The translations under genes were made by a program, and so were the position numbers. A stretch of DNA of 64,000 bases, taken from the NCBI GenBank assembly GCA_030765335.1, contig JAVCCU010000001.1, forward strand, positions 456 through 64,455. Reading direction: 5' to 3'. Shown in pieces: positions 51,231 through 60,443 of the stretch. The notes beneath the pieces are model-generated. The model saw nothing but the letters and a program-made list of their open reading frames with translations, was not told where the DNA came from and did not search any database. The stretch is from Candidatus Kaelpia aquatica (GTDB lineage: Bacteria; Omnitrophota; Gorgyraeia; Kaelpiales; Kaelpiaceae). Numbering within the stretch: the stretch's first letter is position 1; the number at the start of each line of letters is the position of its first letter.

Positions 51231-53338
51231 AGGTCCTTCTTTCCTGGCTAAAAGATTTTATTGATATAGATGTATCAGTCAAAGAGCTCTCTGCCTCCCT
51301 CACCATGATAGGCTTAGAGGTTACATCGGTAGATAAAATAGAAGAGGATGACTATCTTCTTGATATAGAGGTGACTCCCAATAGGCCAGACTGCCTCTCT
51401 GTTTTAGGCTTAGCACGCGAAGTCGGGCTGGCTTTAGATAAAAGGGCAAAACATCCTAGAGTTGTATTCTTACCCAGAACATCGGTTGCTTGCATAAAAG
51501 AGGCAGGATTTGATATTACCATTGAAGACGGAAATGCCTGCCCTCGCTATATCGGCAGAGTTCTCTTAGGTGTCCGGGTTCAGCCGGCGCCTGACTTTAT
51601 CAAAGATAGACTGCAGAATATGGGAGTACGCTCTATTAATAACGTTGTCGATATAACCAACTATCTCTTGCTCGAATTAGGTCAGCCTATGCATGCTTTT
51701 GATTATGATAAGATTAAGGATCATAAGATTGTAGTAAGAAAAGCTAGGAAGAACGAAAAGATTGTAACTATAGATGGAGTAGAGAGAGAGTTAAATACGG
51801 AGGACCTTGTCATAGCTGATTCTAAGCAGCCGGTTGCTCTTGCTGGAATTATGGGGGGGTTGGCAACAGAGGTTACTGCAAAAACAAAAAATGTTCTCTT
51901 AGAGAGTGCATATTTTGACCCGCCATTGATAAGAAGAACAGCTCAGAGGCATGGCTTGATGACAGAGTCTTCTTACAGATTTGAGAGAGGGGTAGATTTT
52001 GTTATGGTTGACACTGCTTCTAAATGTGCTGTTGATTTGATCCGTAAGCATGCATCGGATAATAGTTTGACCAATCCGACTGTAGTAATAGATAAAGCCA
52101 AAGACCTTATAAAGAAGCAGCTGCCTTTATCGTCAAAAGTTGTACTGAAGTTTGAAGATATCGAAAAGAAAATCGGAATTCTTCCTTCTAGTTTTTGGAT
52201 TCGTAAAACAATTAAGAATTTAGGCTGTGAGCCATTATCTATTTCAAAAAATATGATAAAGATAGAAGCCCCTAGTTATAGAAGAGATTTGAGCAGCAGT
52301 ATAGATTACATTGAAGAGATAGCGCGTCTGTATGGATATGACAATATACCAGTCCAGGAACTCTCGACTCTTGAGCTCTCCTCGGAAGAAAAATTAAAAG
52401 AGTTTAACAGCGGTGATCTTACAAATAAAGTCAAAGACTACCTGGTGCGCGAGGGGCTGCATGAGACGATAAGCTATGCTCTCTTATCCAAAGATGAAGC
52501 AGCTAGACTAGATTTTCCAAATATGATCTTTTTGGATAACCCTCTGGTAAAAAGTTATTCCGTTCTAAGACCCTCTATTATGCCGTCACTTTTAAAGACA
52601 GCAGAGTATAATTTTAATCGCATGAACTATAATCTTGCTCTCTTTGAATCAGGCAAGACCTACTCTTATGCTCAGCAGGAGTCTGACGAGCTTGAGGGGC
52701 TCAAGGAACCCAGAGAGATCAAGGCGGCAGCGATACTGCTTAGCGGTATTAAATACCGGAATTGTTTTGGGCAAGAGTTAAAGCATACCTTTTTCGATCT
52801 TAAAACCATTATTGAAAGAATTTTAAATAATTTTGGAATCAGAGATTATAACATTACAACAGATCAAAATCATCTCTATGCTGATAGCTGCTCTGCAAAG
52901 ATAATGCTTGGCAATGATAAGATTGCATCTCTTGGTAAAGTCTCTGATGAGATTAAAGATTATTATGGTTTAAAACGGGAAGTCTATATAGGTGAGATTG
53001 TATTAGATTTAGTCGAACGCTTTCAAAAGGACGATTCTAAATACAAAGAGATCTCTCAATACCCTGCTATTGAAAGAGATATCTCGTTGGTATTATCCAA
53101 GTCTATAGCGGTAGCCGAGGTGTTGTTTAAAATTAAAGATAGAGACGATTTAATACAAAATGTAGAAATAATTGATATATACGAAGGTAAGCAGGTAGGT
53201 TTAGGCAAAAAGAGCATTGCAGTAAGAATTAAGTTCCAATCTTTGGAAAGAACGCTGAAAGATGAAGAGGTTGATAGGATAGAAGCAGGGATTAAGGATG
53301 TTCTCTGTGCAGAGTTATCTTGTCAGATACGTGAGTAA
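51227..53338 (+). CDS. pheT: Phenylalanine-tRNA ligase beta subunit (lacks B2 OB domain)
   Basis: Motifs TPNRPDCLS, NNVVDITNY, GQPMHAFD, RFERGVD, EEIARLYGY and the FDX-ACB C-terminus. Confidence 0.96.
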   Translation: MKVLLSWLKDFIDIDVSVKELSASLTMIGLEVTSVDKIEEDDYLLDIEVTPNRPDCLSVLGLAREVGLALDKRAKHPRVVFLPRTSVACIKEAGFDITIEDGNACPRYIGRVLLGVRVQPAPDFIKDRLQNMGVRSINNVVDITNYLLLELGQPMHAFDYDKIKDHKIVVRKARKNEKIVTIDGVERELNTEDLVIADSKQPVALAGIMGGLATEVTAKTKNVLLESAYFDPPLIRRTAQRHGLMTESSYRFERGVDFVMVDTASKCAVDLIRKHASDNSLTNPTVVIDKAKDLIKKQLPLSSKVVLKFEDIEKKIGILPSSFWIRKTIKNLGCEPLSISKNMIKIEAPSYRRDLSSSIDYIEEIARLYGYDNIPVQELSTLELSSEEKLKEFNSGDLTNKVKDYLVREGLHETISYALLSKDEAARLDFPNMIFLDNPLVKSYSVLRPSIMPSLLKTAEYNFNRMNYNLALFESGKTYSYAQQESDELEGLKEPREIKAAAILLSGIKYRNCFGQELKHTFFDLKTIIERILNNFGIRDYNITTDQNHLYADSCSAKIMLGNDKIASLGKVSDEIKDYYGLKREVYIGEIVLDLVERFQKDDSKYKEISQYPAIERDISLVLSKSIAVAEVLFKIKDRDDLIQNVEIIDIYEGKQVGLGKKSIAVRIKFQSLERTLKDEEVDRIEAGIKDVLCAELSCQIRE

Positions 53339-53353
53339 TTCTAAAAGCTTACC

Positions 53354-54658
53354 ATGGTTACTCTGTTTAAAAAAGAGATAGAGAGCAGGTTAACTCTGGC
53401 TTCTCGAATGAGGCCAAGAGATCTCTCCGAATTTGTTGGCCAGGAACATATTTTATCAGAAGGCAAGATCTTAAAGAGAGCCATAGATGCTGACAAGATA
53501 AGCTCCCTTATTCTCTATGGCCCGCCGGGTGTAGGTAAGACTGCCTTGGCTTTGATAATTCAGAGCAAAACAGATTCTTATTTTAAACGGCTCAATGCTG
53601 TTGCCTCTAATGTTAAAGAGTTACGGCAGGTAATAAAAGAAGCCGATTTTAAATATAGTCAAAATAATAAAAAAACATTGCTCTTTATTGACGAGATTCA
53701 TCGTTTCAATAAATCTCAGCAGGACACCCTTTTACCGGACATAGAAGCCGGCAATCCTATTCTTATTGGAGCAACAACTCATAATCCTTTCTTTGCTCTC
53801 ACAGCTCCTCTGATTTCTCGCTCATTGGTCTGTGAGTTTAAGGCTCTATCTGTAGCTGAAATTATAAAGATATTACGTGCTGCTATCTCTGATCAAGAGA
53901 GAGGCTTAGGCGGTTTAAAGTTGAAAGTAGATGAAGAGGTACTAAAATTCTTTGCTCAGGTTGTAGATGGAGATGGGCGCCGTGCGCTCAATGCCCTTGA
54001 GATTGCTGCTTTAACTACAGCAGAGAATAAAGATGGCTGGATAAATATAGACCTTAAGATTGCTCAAGATTCGATTCAAAAAAAGGCTTTGCTCTATGAT
54101 AGCGGAGAGGATAACCATTATGATACAATCTCCGCCTTTATAAAATCTATTCGCGGCAGTTCTCCAGATGCTGCCATATACTGGTTGGCAAAGATGATAT
54201 ATGCCGGAGAAGATCCCCGTTTTATTGCTCGGAGACTTTTAATAGCCGCTTCTGAAGATATAGGTAATGCTGATCCTCAGGCTTTATCTGTTGCTCAGGC
54301 TGCAGCTTATGCTGTTGAGTATCTCGGAATGCCTGAGGCTAGAATATCTTTAGCCCAGGCTACAACCTATCTTGCATCTGCTCCTAAATCAAACGCATCT
54401 TATATGGCTATAGAGGAAGCTCTTGGAGATATTGAAGGAGGTAGAGTACTGGAGGTTCCAGGCCATTTAAAGGATAGTCATTATAAGGGTGCGGAAAAAT
54501 TGGGCCACGGCAAAGATTACAAGTATCCCCATTCCTATAAAGATGGCTGGGTTGAGCAAGATTATCTTCCTAAAAATGTTAGCTACTATCTTCCTAAAAA
54601 TATTGGTTACGAGAAGAAGATCAAAGAGTTTTTAGACCAATTGCAAAGCTTAAGATAG
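53354..54658 (+). CDS. rarA: Replication-associated recombination protein RarA/MgsA
   Basis: Motifs LASRMRP, GPPGVGKT, DEIHRFNK.QQD, HYDTISAFIKSIRGS and SEDIG.ADP. Confidence 0.96.
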   Translation: MVTLFKKEIESRLTLASRMRPRDLSEFVGQEHILSEGKILKRAIDADKISSLILYGPPGVGKTALALIIQSKTDSYFKRLNAVASNVKELRQVIKEADFKYSQNNKKTLLFIDEIHRFNKSQQDTLLPDIEAGNPILIGATTHNPFFALTAPLISRSLVCEFKALSVAEIIKILRAAISDQERGLGGLKLKVDEEVLKFFAQVVDGDGRRALNALEIAALTTAENKDGWINIDLKIAQDSIQKKALLYDSGEDNHYDTISAFIKSIRGSSPDAAIYWLAKMIYAGEDPRFIARRLLIAASEDIGNADPQALSVAQAAAYAVEYLGMPEARISLAQATTYLASAPKSNASYMAIEEALGDIEGGRVLEVPGHLKDSHYKGAEKLGHGKDYKYPHSYKDGWVEQDYLPKNVSYYLPKNIGYEKKIKEFLDQLQSLR

Positions 54659-54667
54659 TAACGGTAG

Positions 54668-55288
54668 TTATTTGATGGCTGTTGCAAGAAGTATCAGTTC
54701 CTTGTTGCTTAATATCTTTTCTATGAATTTTTCAACCACTTCTCGTAGAGCTTCTGCAGTTTCGCTCCCTGAGCTCTGGGCTTCATGGGAAGAATATTTG
54801 CGCTCCATCTTAGCCCTCTCTTCGTAGCGGCATATTTCGGTTTTGTCTCTTGCATTAAGAACGATAAACGTAATTGCAACTTTACCCTTTCCGGCCCCGG
54901 ATTTAATACCTATATCATGGATATATTTTATGTAGGGTAGTTTTGCGGTTGGAGCGATAGATGATTTCCAGTAAAAAGAATTTATCTCCCCTCTAATTAT
55001 TATATCTACGTTTTCTGGCTGATAGGTGATTCTAATAGAATTAAACAACTCTGCATCTCTTAAGTCTCCTGTAATCAATACGGTGAGTTCTTCATCAAGA
55101 TTGGAGAGTCTCTCCGTATGCTCCTTCTCTTCTTCAGGTCTTAGGTCTTGAAATAAATCCATTCCGGCATTAAGGGCGATATTGCCTTTAGGGAATATAG
55201 GATGGTGAGTATACATCGTGACCATCTGTGGCTTAGAAGCACAGCCTAAAGCGAACAACATTAATAGTGGAACTATGTTTTTCTTCAT
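54668..55288 (-). CDS. Hypothetical lipoprotein
   Basis: Lipobox ALGC; the only substantial minus-strand gene right of the origin. Confidence 0.75.
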   Translation of the reverse strand: MKKNIVPLLMLFALGCASKPQMVTMYTHHPIFPKGNIALNAGMDLFQDLRPEEEKEHTERLSNLDEELTVLITGDLRDAELFNSIRITYQPENVDIIIRGEINSFYWKSSIAPTAKLPYIKYIHDIGIKSGAGKGKVAITFIVLNARDKTEICRYEERAKMERKYSSHEAQSSGSETAEALREVVEKFIEKILSNKELILLATAIK

Positions 55289-55573
55289 TGTTTTTATTAT
55301 AAAATTTAAATGAATAATAAGGCAACAAAGAAATCAAAATATTAAATTAACGCTGTAAAGAGGAGTTCAAAAATTAGAACAGTTTGGTGAGAATGTTAAC
55401 CCTAAACTCCTAAAAGAACTGCCTAAATGGTTAAAACTGTATGTGCGTATTATGGCGATCTATGGTTTTAACATATAGTCGGAGCAAGGGTTAGCAGGTT
55501 TAGAGAAATGCATGTCTAATTTGTTTTTCAAGCCATTGCATGTTATAAATTATACAGAAATATATTTTTAAAA

Positions 55574-56497
55574 ATGGCTATGAAAAACATACTTAAATTA
55601 GGATATTTGGGGGTTGTTTTATCTATTTTATTTCTGAGTTCTTTTGAATCAGAGACCTTTAATTGTAGGCGCTTAAAAGCACCCACAAGCCTAGAAGATA
55701 TAATTGCATCCCGTTCTATTAAAATCCTTGTGTTGGATATGGATTTTACATTAGTCAATTCAGGAGAATCGATTGGTGAAGACATGATAGAGGCGCTTTT
55801 AAATGAAAAAGGCATGGACATATGCATTGTTACCGGGGCATTTTATGAGACTGTTGATAGGAGAGTGCTTTCTCAAATTAGGCAATATAACGAAACTCAT
55901 CAGAGAAATTTTGATTGGACCAAGTTTTATCTTTTTACTGATACAGGTTCAGCAGGATTTGTGTTTGATGAAAGCGGTGAGTCTCGCAGATTTTTCAACC
56001 GCATTTTTTCTTTAGAGCAGAGCGTAGCAATAGAGCAAGTAGTTGAGGATTTCCGTGCTCAATATGGTCAAGATAGTATAGCTAAAACTTACGAAAGTCA
56101 GAGTAAGTTTACATCCTATTTCCGAGATACAGGATTAGAGGCCATGAATGAGTATGTAGAGTTTTTTAGTCAAAGATTAAGCAGTTTTGAAGTAAAAATA
56201 AGTTCTGGAGGCAATAGGGAGTCCATAGATATAACTATGGTTGATAAAGGAGAAGCCTTGAGGGTTGTAAAAACTATATTAGGTCTCAATAACGAAGATT
56301 TTATGGTTGTTGGTGACTCTTTTAAGGATGAATATAGTAATGATAAGTCAATGCTGCTAGAAGGAGCTCTTGTGTTTAATGTTGGAGAAGTTTCTTCTAG
56401 AGTCGGACTTATCAATACATCTGATTATTTTGATTCCGATACTTGTGGGCCTCAGCATACATTGAATTTGCTCAATTTATTTTTATATCCAACCTAG
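55574..56497 (+). CDS. HAD-IIB (Cof/phosphomannomutase-like) hydrolase with N-terminal signal-like segment
   Basis: Motifs LDMDFTL (I), VTG (II), DKG (III) and GDS...ND (IV); hydrophobic N-terminus. Confidence 0.75.
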   Translation: MAMKNILKLGYLGVVLSILFLSSFESETFNCRRLKAPTSLEDIIASRSIKILVLDMDFTLVNSGESIGEDMIEALLNEKGMDICIVTGAFYETVDRRVLSQIRQYNETHQRNFDWTKFYLFTDTGSAGFVFDESGESRRFFNRIFSLEQSVAIEQVVEDFRAQYGQDSIAKTYESQSKFTSYFRDTGLEAMNEYVEFFSQRLSSFEVKISSGGNRESIDITMVDKGEALRVVKTILGLNNEDFMVVGDSFKDEYSNDKSMLLEGALVFNVGEVSSRVGLINTSDYFDSDTCGPQHTLNLLNLFLYPT

Positions 56498-56517
56498 AAA
56501 TGTTACAATATGCTCCT

Positions 56518-57072
56518 ATGATTAAAAGAGAGATACCTTTGGATTATGCTCGTAGGCTTTTAAATCATGGTTGTGTTATTCTTGTAACATCTCATTTTAG
56601 AAATATTAATAATATCGTTACTCTATCTTGGCAGATGCCTCTATCGTCTAAACCGAGACTCTTCGCCCTCTCTATCTCTAGAAAGCATTTTTCAAATAAG
56701 TTAATAAGGAAAAGCAGAGAACTCACTATTAATATTCCCGGCAGAAATTTGATAAGAGAAGTTCATTTCTGCGGCTCCTGTTCCGGTAAAAGAGTAAACA
56801 AGTTTGATAAAGCAAGGCTTCATCCAGTAGCTGCAAATTTTATTGCAGCGCCTCTCATTGAGGAGTGTTTTGCCAATATAGAGTGTAAAGTACGCAATAT
56901 GTATAATATAGGTGACCACACACTCTTTGTAGCGGAAGCTTTAAGGGCTATAGCTGACCCTAGTTGGTTTGATGGCAAATTTCTCCAATGCAACGATAAA
57001 GGTGTTCAAACTTTACACCATCTTGGAGAGAATCGTTATATGGTCTCTGGAGAAGTCATAAAGGCTAGATAA
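56518..57072 (+). CDS. Flavin reductase family protein
   Basis: Motifs LVTS...NIVTLSW, FCGSCSG..VNKF, APLIEEC.ANIEC and GDHTLFV; start set at MIKRE. Confidence 0.9.
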   Translation: MIKREIPLDYARRLLNHGCVILVTSHFRNINNIVTLSWQMPLSSKPRLFALSISRKHFSNKLIRKSRELTINIPGRNLIREVHFCGSCSGKRVNKFDKARLHPVAANFIAAPLIEECFANIECKVRNMYNIGDHTLFVAEALRAIADPSWFDGKFLQCNDKGVQTLHHLGENRYMVSGEVIKAR

Positions 57073-57073
57073 G

Positions 57074-57685
57074 ATGATAGATAACAGGGACAAAATTAAG
57101 GTTGTTATCTTTGATCTAGGCAACGTGATTATCTGCTTTGATCATATGATAGCAGCAGAGAAAATAGCAAAGAAGACCGACAAAACACCACTGGAGATAT
57201 ATGATCTGTTTTTTGCATCACCATTAACTGAGCGTTTTGATGCAGGTTTAATTAATGAAAAGAGTTTTTTTGAAGAAGTTAAAGAGACTTTAAATATAGA
57301 TAATCTTAACCAAGAGGATTTTTATGAAATTTGGAATAATATTTTTTGGGAAAATAAAGGAGTGGCGAAACTGATAAAGGATATTAAGTTAAAGTTTCAA
57401 AGTTTTTTTATTGTTTCTAATATTAACAAAGTTCATTTTAAATACATTTGGGATAAATTTCCTGTGGTGAGATTAGCAGACAAGATTATTACTTCCTATA
57501 GCGTTGGTGTTTTAAAACCCGATCCTGTAATTTATCAAAAAGCAATAGAAGAGGCAAAATGTAATCCTGAAGAAATTTTTTATACAGATGATCGAAGCGA
57601 TTTGATTCAAGCTGCAAAAGGTATGGATTTTAATGTCCACCTCTTCCAAAGCGTAGAAGATATTCGAAATATAATTCTTAACTAA
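57074..57685 (+). CDS. HAD family phosphatase (YihX-like)
   Basis: Motifs FDLGNVI, SN, KPDP.IY and DD. Confidence 0.9.
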   Translation: MIDNRDKIKVVIFDLGNVIICFDHMIAAEKIAKKTDKTPLEIYDLFFASPLTERFDAGLINEKSFFEEVKETLNIDNLNQEDFYEIWNNIFWENKGVAKLIKDIKLKFQSFFIVSNINKVHFKYIWDKFPVVRLADKIITSYSVGVLKPDPVIYQKAIEEAKCNPEEIFYTDDRSDLIQAAKGMDFNVHLFQSVEDIRNIILN

Positions 57686-57700
57686 TGTAATAAAGATTTC

Positions 57701-58618
57701 ATGAATATGAAGAAATCATTTGCTGTAATTACACTGGTTGTCGCATTTTTTTTTGGCCTAGAATTTTCTTGTCGTATATTGGTTAGCTCTAACCATTCAT
57801 TTCAAAAACACTTTTTAATGCAGATATATGATGAGACACTGGGTGCTTATGACGAAAATCTTTTTTGGAGATTAGAAGGTGTCTATCCGCAGTTTGGAGA
57901 GGAAGAGTATAGAGTAATATGTCTTTCTGATTCTGTTTCGGTTATGTATGGAGGCTATCAAGAATACCCTAAAATGCTAGAAGAGATATTGATTAAAAAT
58001 TTTCCAGAAAGTACTTTTAAAATTTTTAATGCAGGAGTTCCTGGATATTCTTCATATCAAGGCGCCCTGTATTTAAAGAACGAATTGATCAAATACAAGC
58101 CCGATTTTGTTAGCATTAACTTTGGACCTAACGATTATAGCCGGGCACTAAATGGTTTAGAAGACAAAAAACAAAAATGCCATAGCGCGCATTTAGATAA
58201 ATATTTTGGTTGGAGTAAATTTTATCAATGTTATAAAAGATGGATTTTAAGTATCAAACAAAAAATTTATAACAGCCCTAGGCATATAAAACAATATAGG
58301 GTCTCTAAGCAAAGCTTTAAAAATAATCTGATTAATATGATTAGAATTTGTAGAGTCAACGGGTCTAAAGCAATACTTCTAACCTCTCCGTATCTTGATG
58401 AAGATCAAGGCTGGGTTAAAATTCACAAATCTTATAACGATATTATAAGGTTAACAGCTCTAGAGGAGGATGCTGCTTTAGTAGATTTAGCTGAGTTATT
58501 CAGCCAGAGAGAAGATTTGTTTATAGATCCGGAACATGACCATGTACATATTAATTTGAAGGGATATAAGATTATAGCTCGAGAATTATTTAATATAATT
58601 AAAACAGAGATGCGCTAG
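57701..58618 (+). CDS. SGNH/GDSL hydrolase with N-terminal TM
   Basis: Motifs CLSDS, NAGVPGYSSYQG, GPND and DHVH.N.KG. Confidence 0.88.
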   Translation: MNMKKSFAVITLVVAFFFGLEFSCRILVSSNHSFQKHFLMQIYDETLGAYDENLFWRLEGVYPQFGEEEYRVICLSDSVSVMYGGYQEYPKMLEEILIKNFPESTFKIFNAGVPGYSSYQGALYLKNELIKYKPDFVSINFGPNDYSRALNGLEDKKQKCHSAHLDKYFGWSKFYQCYKRWILSIKQKIYNSPRHIKQYRVSKQSFKNNLINMIRICRVNGSKAILLTSPYLDEDQGWVKIHKSYNDIIRLTALEEDAALVDLAELFSQREDLFIDPEHDHVHINLKGYKIIARELFNIIKTEMR

Positions 58619-58742
58619 ATATCAACAGTTTTATGTGTTCCAACTGGTTTATGCATTTCAAAAGATAAGGCATAGTTTGATGTAGTTTTTGGTTTTAACT
58701 TCATCTGGTCTTCGATAGATGTTTGAGGTATACTATTTCCCT

Positions 58743-58964
58743 GTGAAGATAAATGTTAAAATCACCCCTAATGCCAAGAGGTCGGGCATAATAGAGGAGC
58801 AAGGCGTTGTAAAGGTTAAAGTTAATGCTCCAGCTAAAGAGGGTAAGGCTAACAAGGATTTGATCAAGATGCTTTCAGATTATTTTTCGGTACCAAAGTC
58901 TAGAGTTAAAATATTGAAAGGCGAAAATTTGCGAAATAAAGTTGTTGATATAATAAGGAAGTAA
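58743..58964 (+). CDS. DUF167 (YggU-like) protein
   Basis: V.PNAKR...APAKEGKAN..LI..LS.YF.VPKS; GTG start probable. Confidence 0.9.
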   Translation: MKINVKITPNAKRSGIIEEQGVVKVKVNAPAKEGKANKDLIKMLSDYFSVPKSRVKILKGENLRNKVVDIIRK

Positions 58965-58965
58965 G

Positions 58966-60426
58966 ATGAAAAGATTAGCGGTAATTATCCTCTTTTTAAT
59001 TTTAACGAGCAGCTCCCTGTATGCGGATAGTCTATATTCAGCATCTCAGGCCTTAAAAAATCTATTGGAACACTATAGTCATGATGTAGGTCTCTATGTT
59101 CTTGAAAATAAGCTTCAAAAAGAGAGCCATACCCTCTCTCTGGAAGAGAGCATTGTAAGGGTTGCCAGAGAGAGCGGTGTATATTTGGATAGGTTTTATT
59201 TAAAATATGTAGAAAAAGATTTTTCTAAGATAAGCGAACCTTTCATTGCATCTGTAAAAGGCGGGTACCATTTGATATATCCTGAGATCGACAAGGTAAG
59301 GCTTGTCTCTGTAAAAGGCTCGGAAACATTATCAAAAAAAAGCTTTCTTTTGATTTGGGATGGCAAGATGTTTAGTATTCCGCCGGTAGGAGTGATGTTG
59401 CAGCGCAATAGGCCTCAAGGTCTGAAGCAGAAAATAATCTTCATCTACTCTTATCATAAAGAGGAGTTCTACCTTTTTAGGCAGCTTTTTGATGATTTAT
59501 ATCAAGAGGCGCTGAGATATTCTTCACCCCTTATATACATTGATGAGTTGGGCTTAATTCCCAAAGAATCTATAGAAAAAGTAATTATAGGCAAGGGGTT
59601 AACCGAAAAAGATGCTTTCAATGAAACCAGAGAGGCTCTTTTAGGTGAGCTTAAATTGATAGAGAGAGGCAGGGGTATTCATGATCCTACAGAGTTTTAT
59701 CATGAAATATATAATTATTTTGCTAAATTAGACTTAAGAATAGAGATGGAAGAATTACAATATGAGAATTGGAAAGCTGTAGTTGCTTTTGATGACTTAA
59801 GCTTAAACCAGCTTGCAGTTACTCTTTTCTGCAAGGGCAATATAGAAAGGTATCTGGATGTTATCGAGCAGTACAATGAAGGTTTTTGGCAATATAACGT
59901 AATAATCAGAGATAAGTTTTTTTTGAATCAGATAGAAAGGATTGCAGAGGAGAACCCTCAAAATACGATATTTACCCTTAGGGGTTTGGGCCACTTTGGC
60001 ATGGATGAAAAAATAGATTTAACAGATTTTGCAGTAGAGGTAGCTGTTATAGGAGAGGGTGAATTTTGTAAATTACTGGTTCCCGATCAGTTGGTTCAGA
60101 TTTTAAAAAGAAACGGAGTTAGATTGGGCCCAAAAACTAGAGAGCAATATTACCTCAGAGCTTTTCTTGCAGAGTGTATTAGAAATTATTATCAGAATGA
60201 GTTAAATTTTAAAATATTAACAGCTACTCTTAAGGCCAACAGAGATCTTTCTTTACTCTTAGATGCTGCTATATATAGGTTGGCCCGCGATGTAGAACAT
60301 GCCATAGCAGAGGGCAGGTTAAGGACTACAGAGTCTCTCTATAGGTATGTTTATACTTGGGTGAAGAAGAAAAACTCTTTGAACCCTAAACCTCTCTTTA
60401 GTTTTGGAGATAAAGAGAGTCAATAA
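58966..60426 (+). CDS. Secreted hypothetical protein with degenerate peptidase C39-like N-terminal domain
   Basis: Signal peptide, then AL..LL...SLEE.I.RVARE.G...PFIA....H.......LS...F...WDG, a C39-like pattern with no Cys at the catalytic position. Confidence 0.6.
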   Translation: MKRLAVIILFLILTSSSLYADSLYSASQALKNLLEHYSHDVGLYVLENKLQKESHTLSLEESIVRVARESGVYLDRFYLKYVEKDFSKISEPFIASVKGGYHLIYPEIDKVRLVSVKGSETLSKKSFLLIWDGKMFSIPPVGVMLQRNRPQGLKQKIIFIYSYHKEEFYLFRQLFDDLYQEALRYSSPLIYIDELGLIPKESIEKVIIGKGLTEKDAFNETREALLGELKLIERGRGIHDPTEFYHEIYNYFAKLDLRIEMEELQYENWKAVVAFDDLSLNQLAVTLFCKGNIERYLDVIEQYNEGFWQYNVIIRDKFFLNQIERIAEENPQNTIFTLRGLGHFGMDEKIDLTDFAVEVAVIGEGEFCKLLVPDQLVQILKRNGVRLGPKTREQYYLRAFLAECIRNYYQNELNFKILTATLKANRDLSLLLDAAIYRLARDVEHAIAEGRLRTTESLYRYVYTWVKKKNSLNPKPLFSFGDKESQ

Positions 60427-60443
60427 AAAAAGCAGGTTCTCTT

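Noticed and set aside
54563-54601. 15-bp direct repeat TATCTTCCTAAAAAT in rarA
   Set aside because: In-frame YLPKN duplication in the variable C-terminus; two copies only.
55360-55478. Short open frame KLEQFGENVNPKLLKELPKWLKLY...
   Set aside because: No upstream start codon in frame and no recognisable homology; at most a gene remnant.
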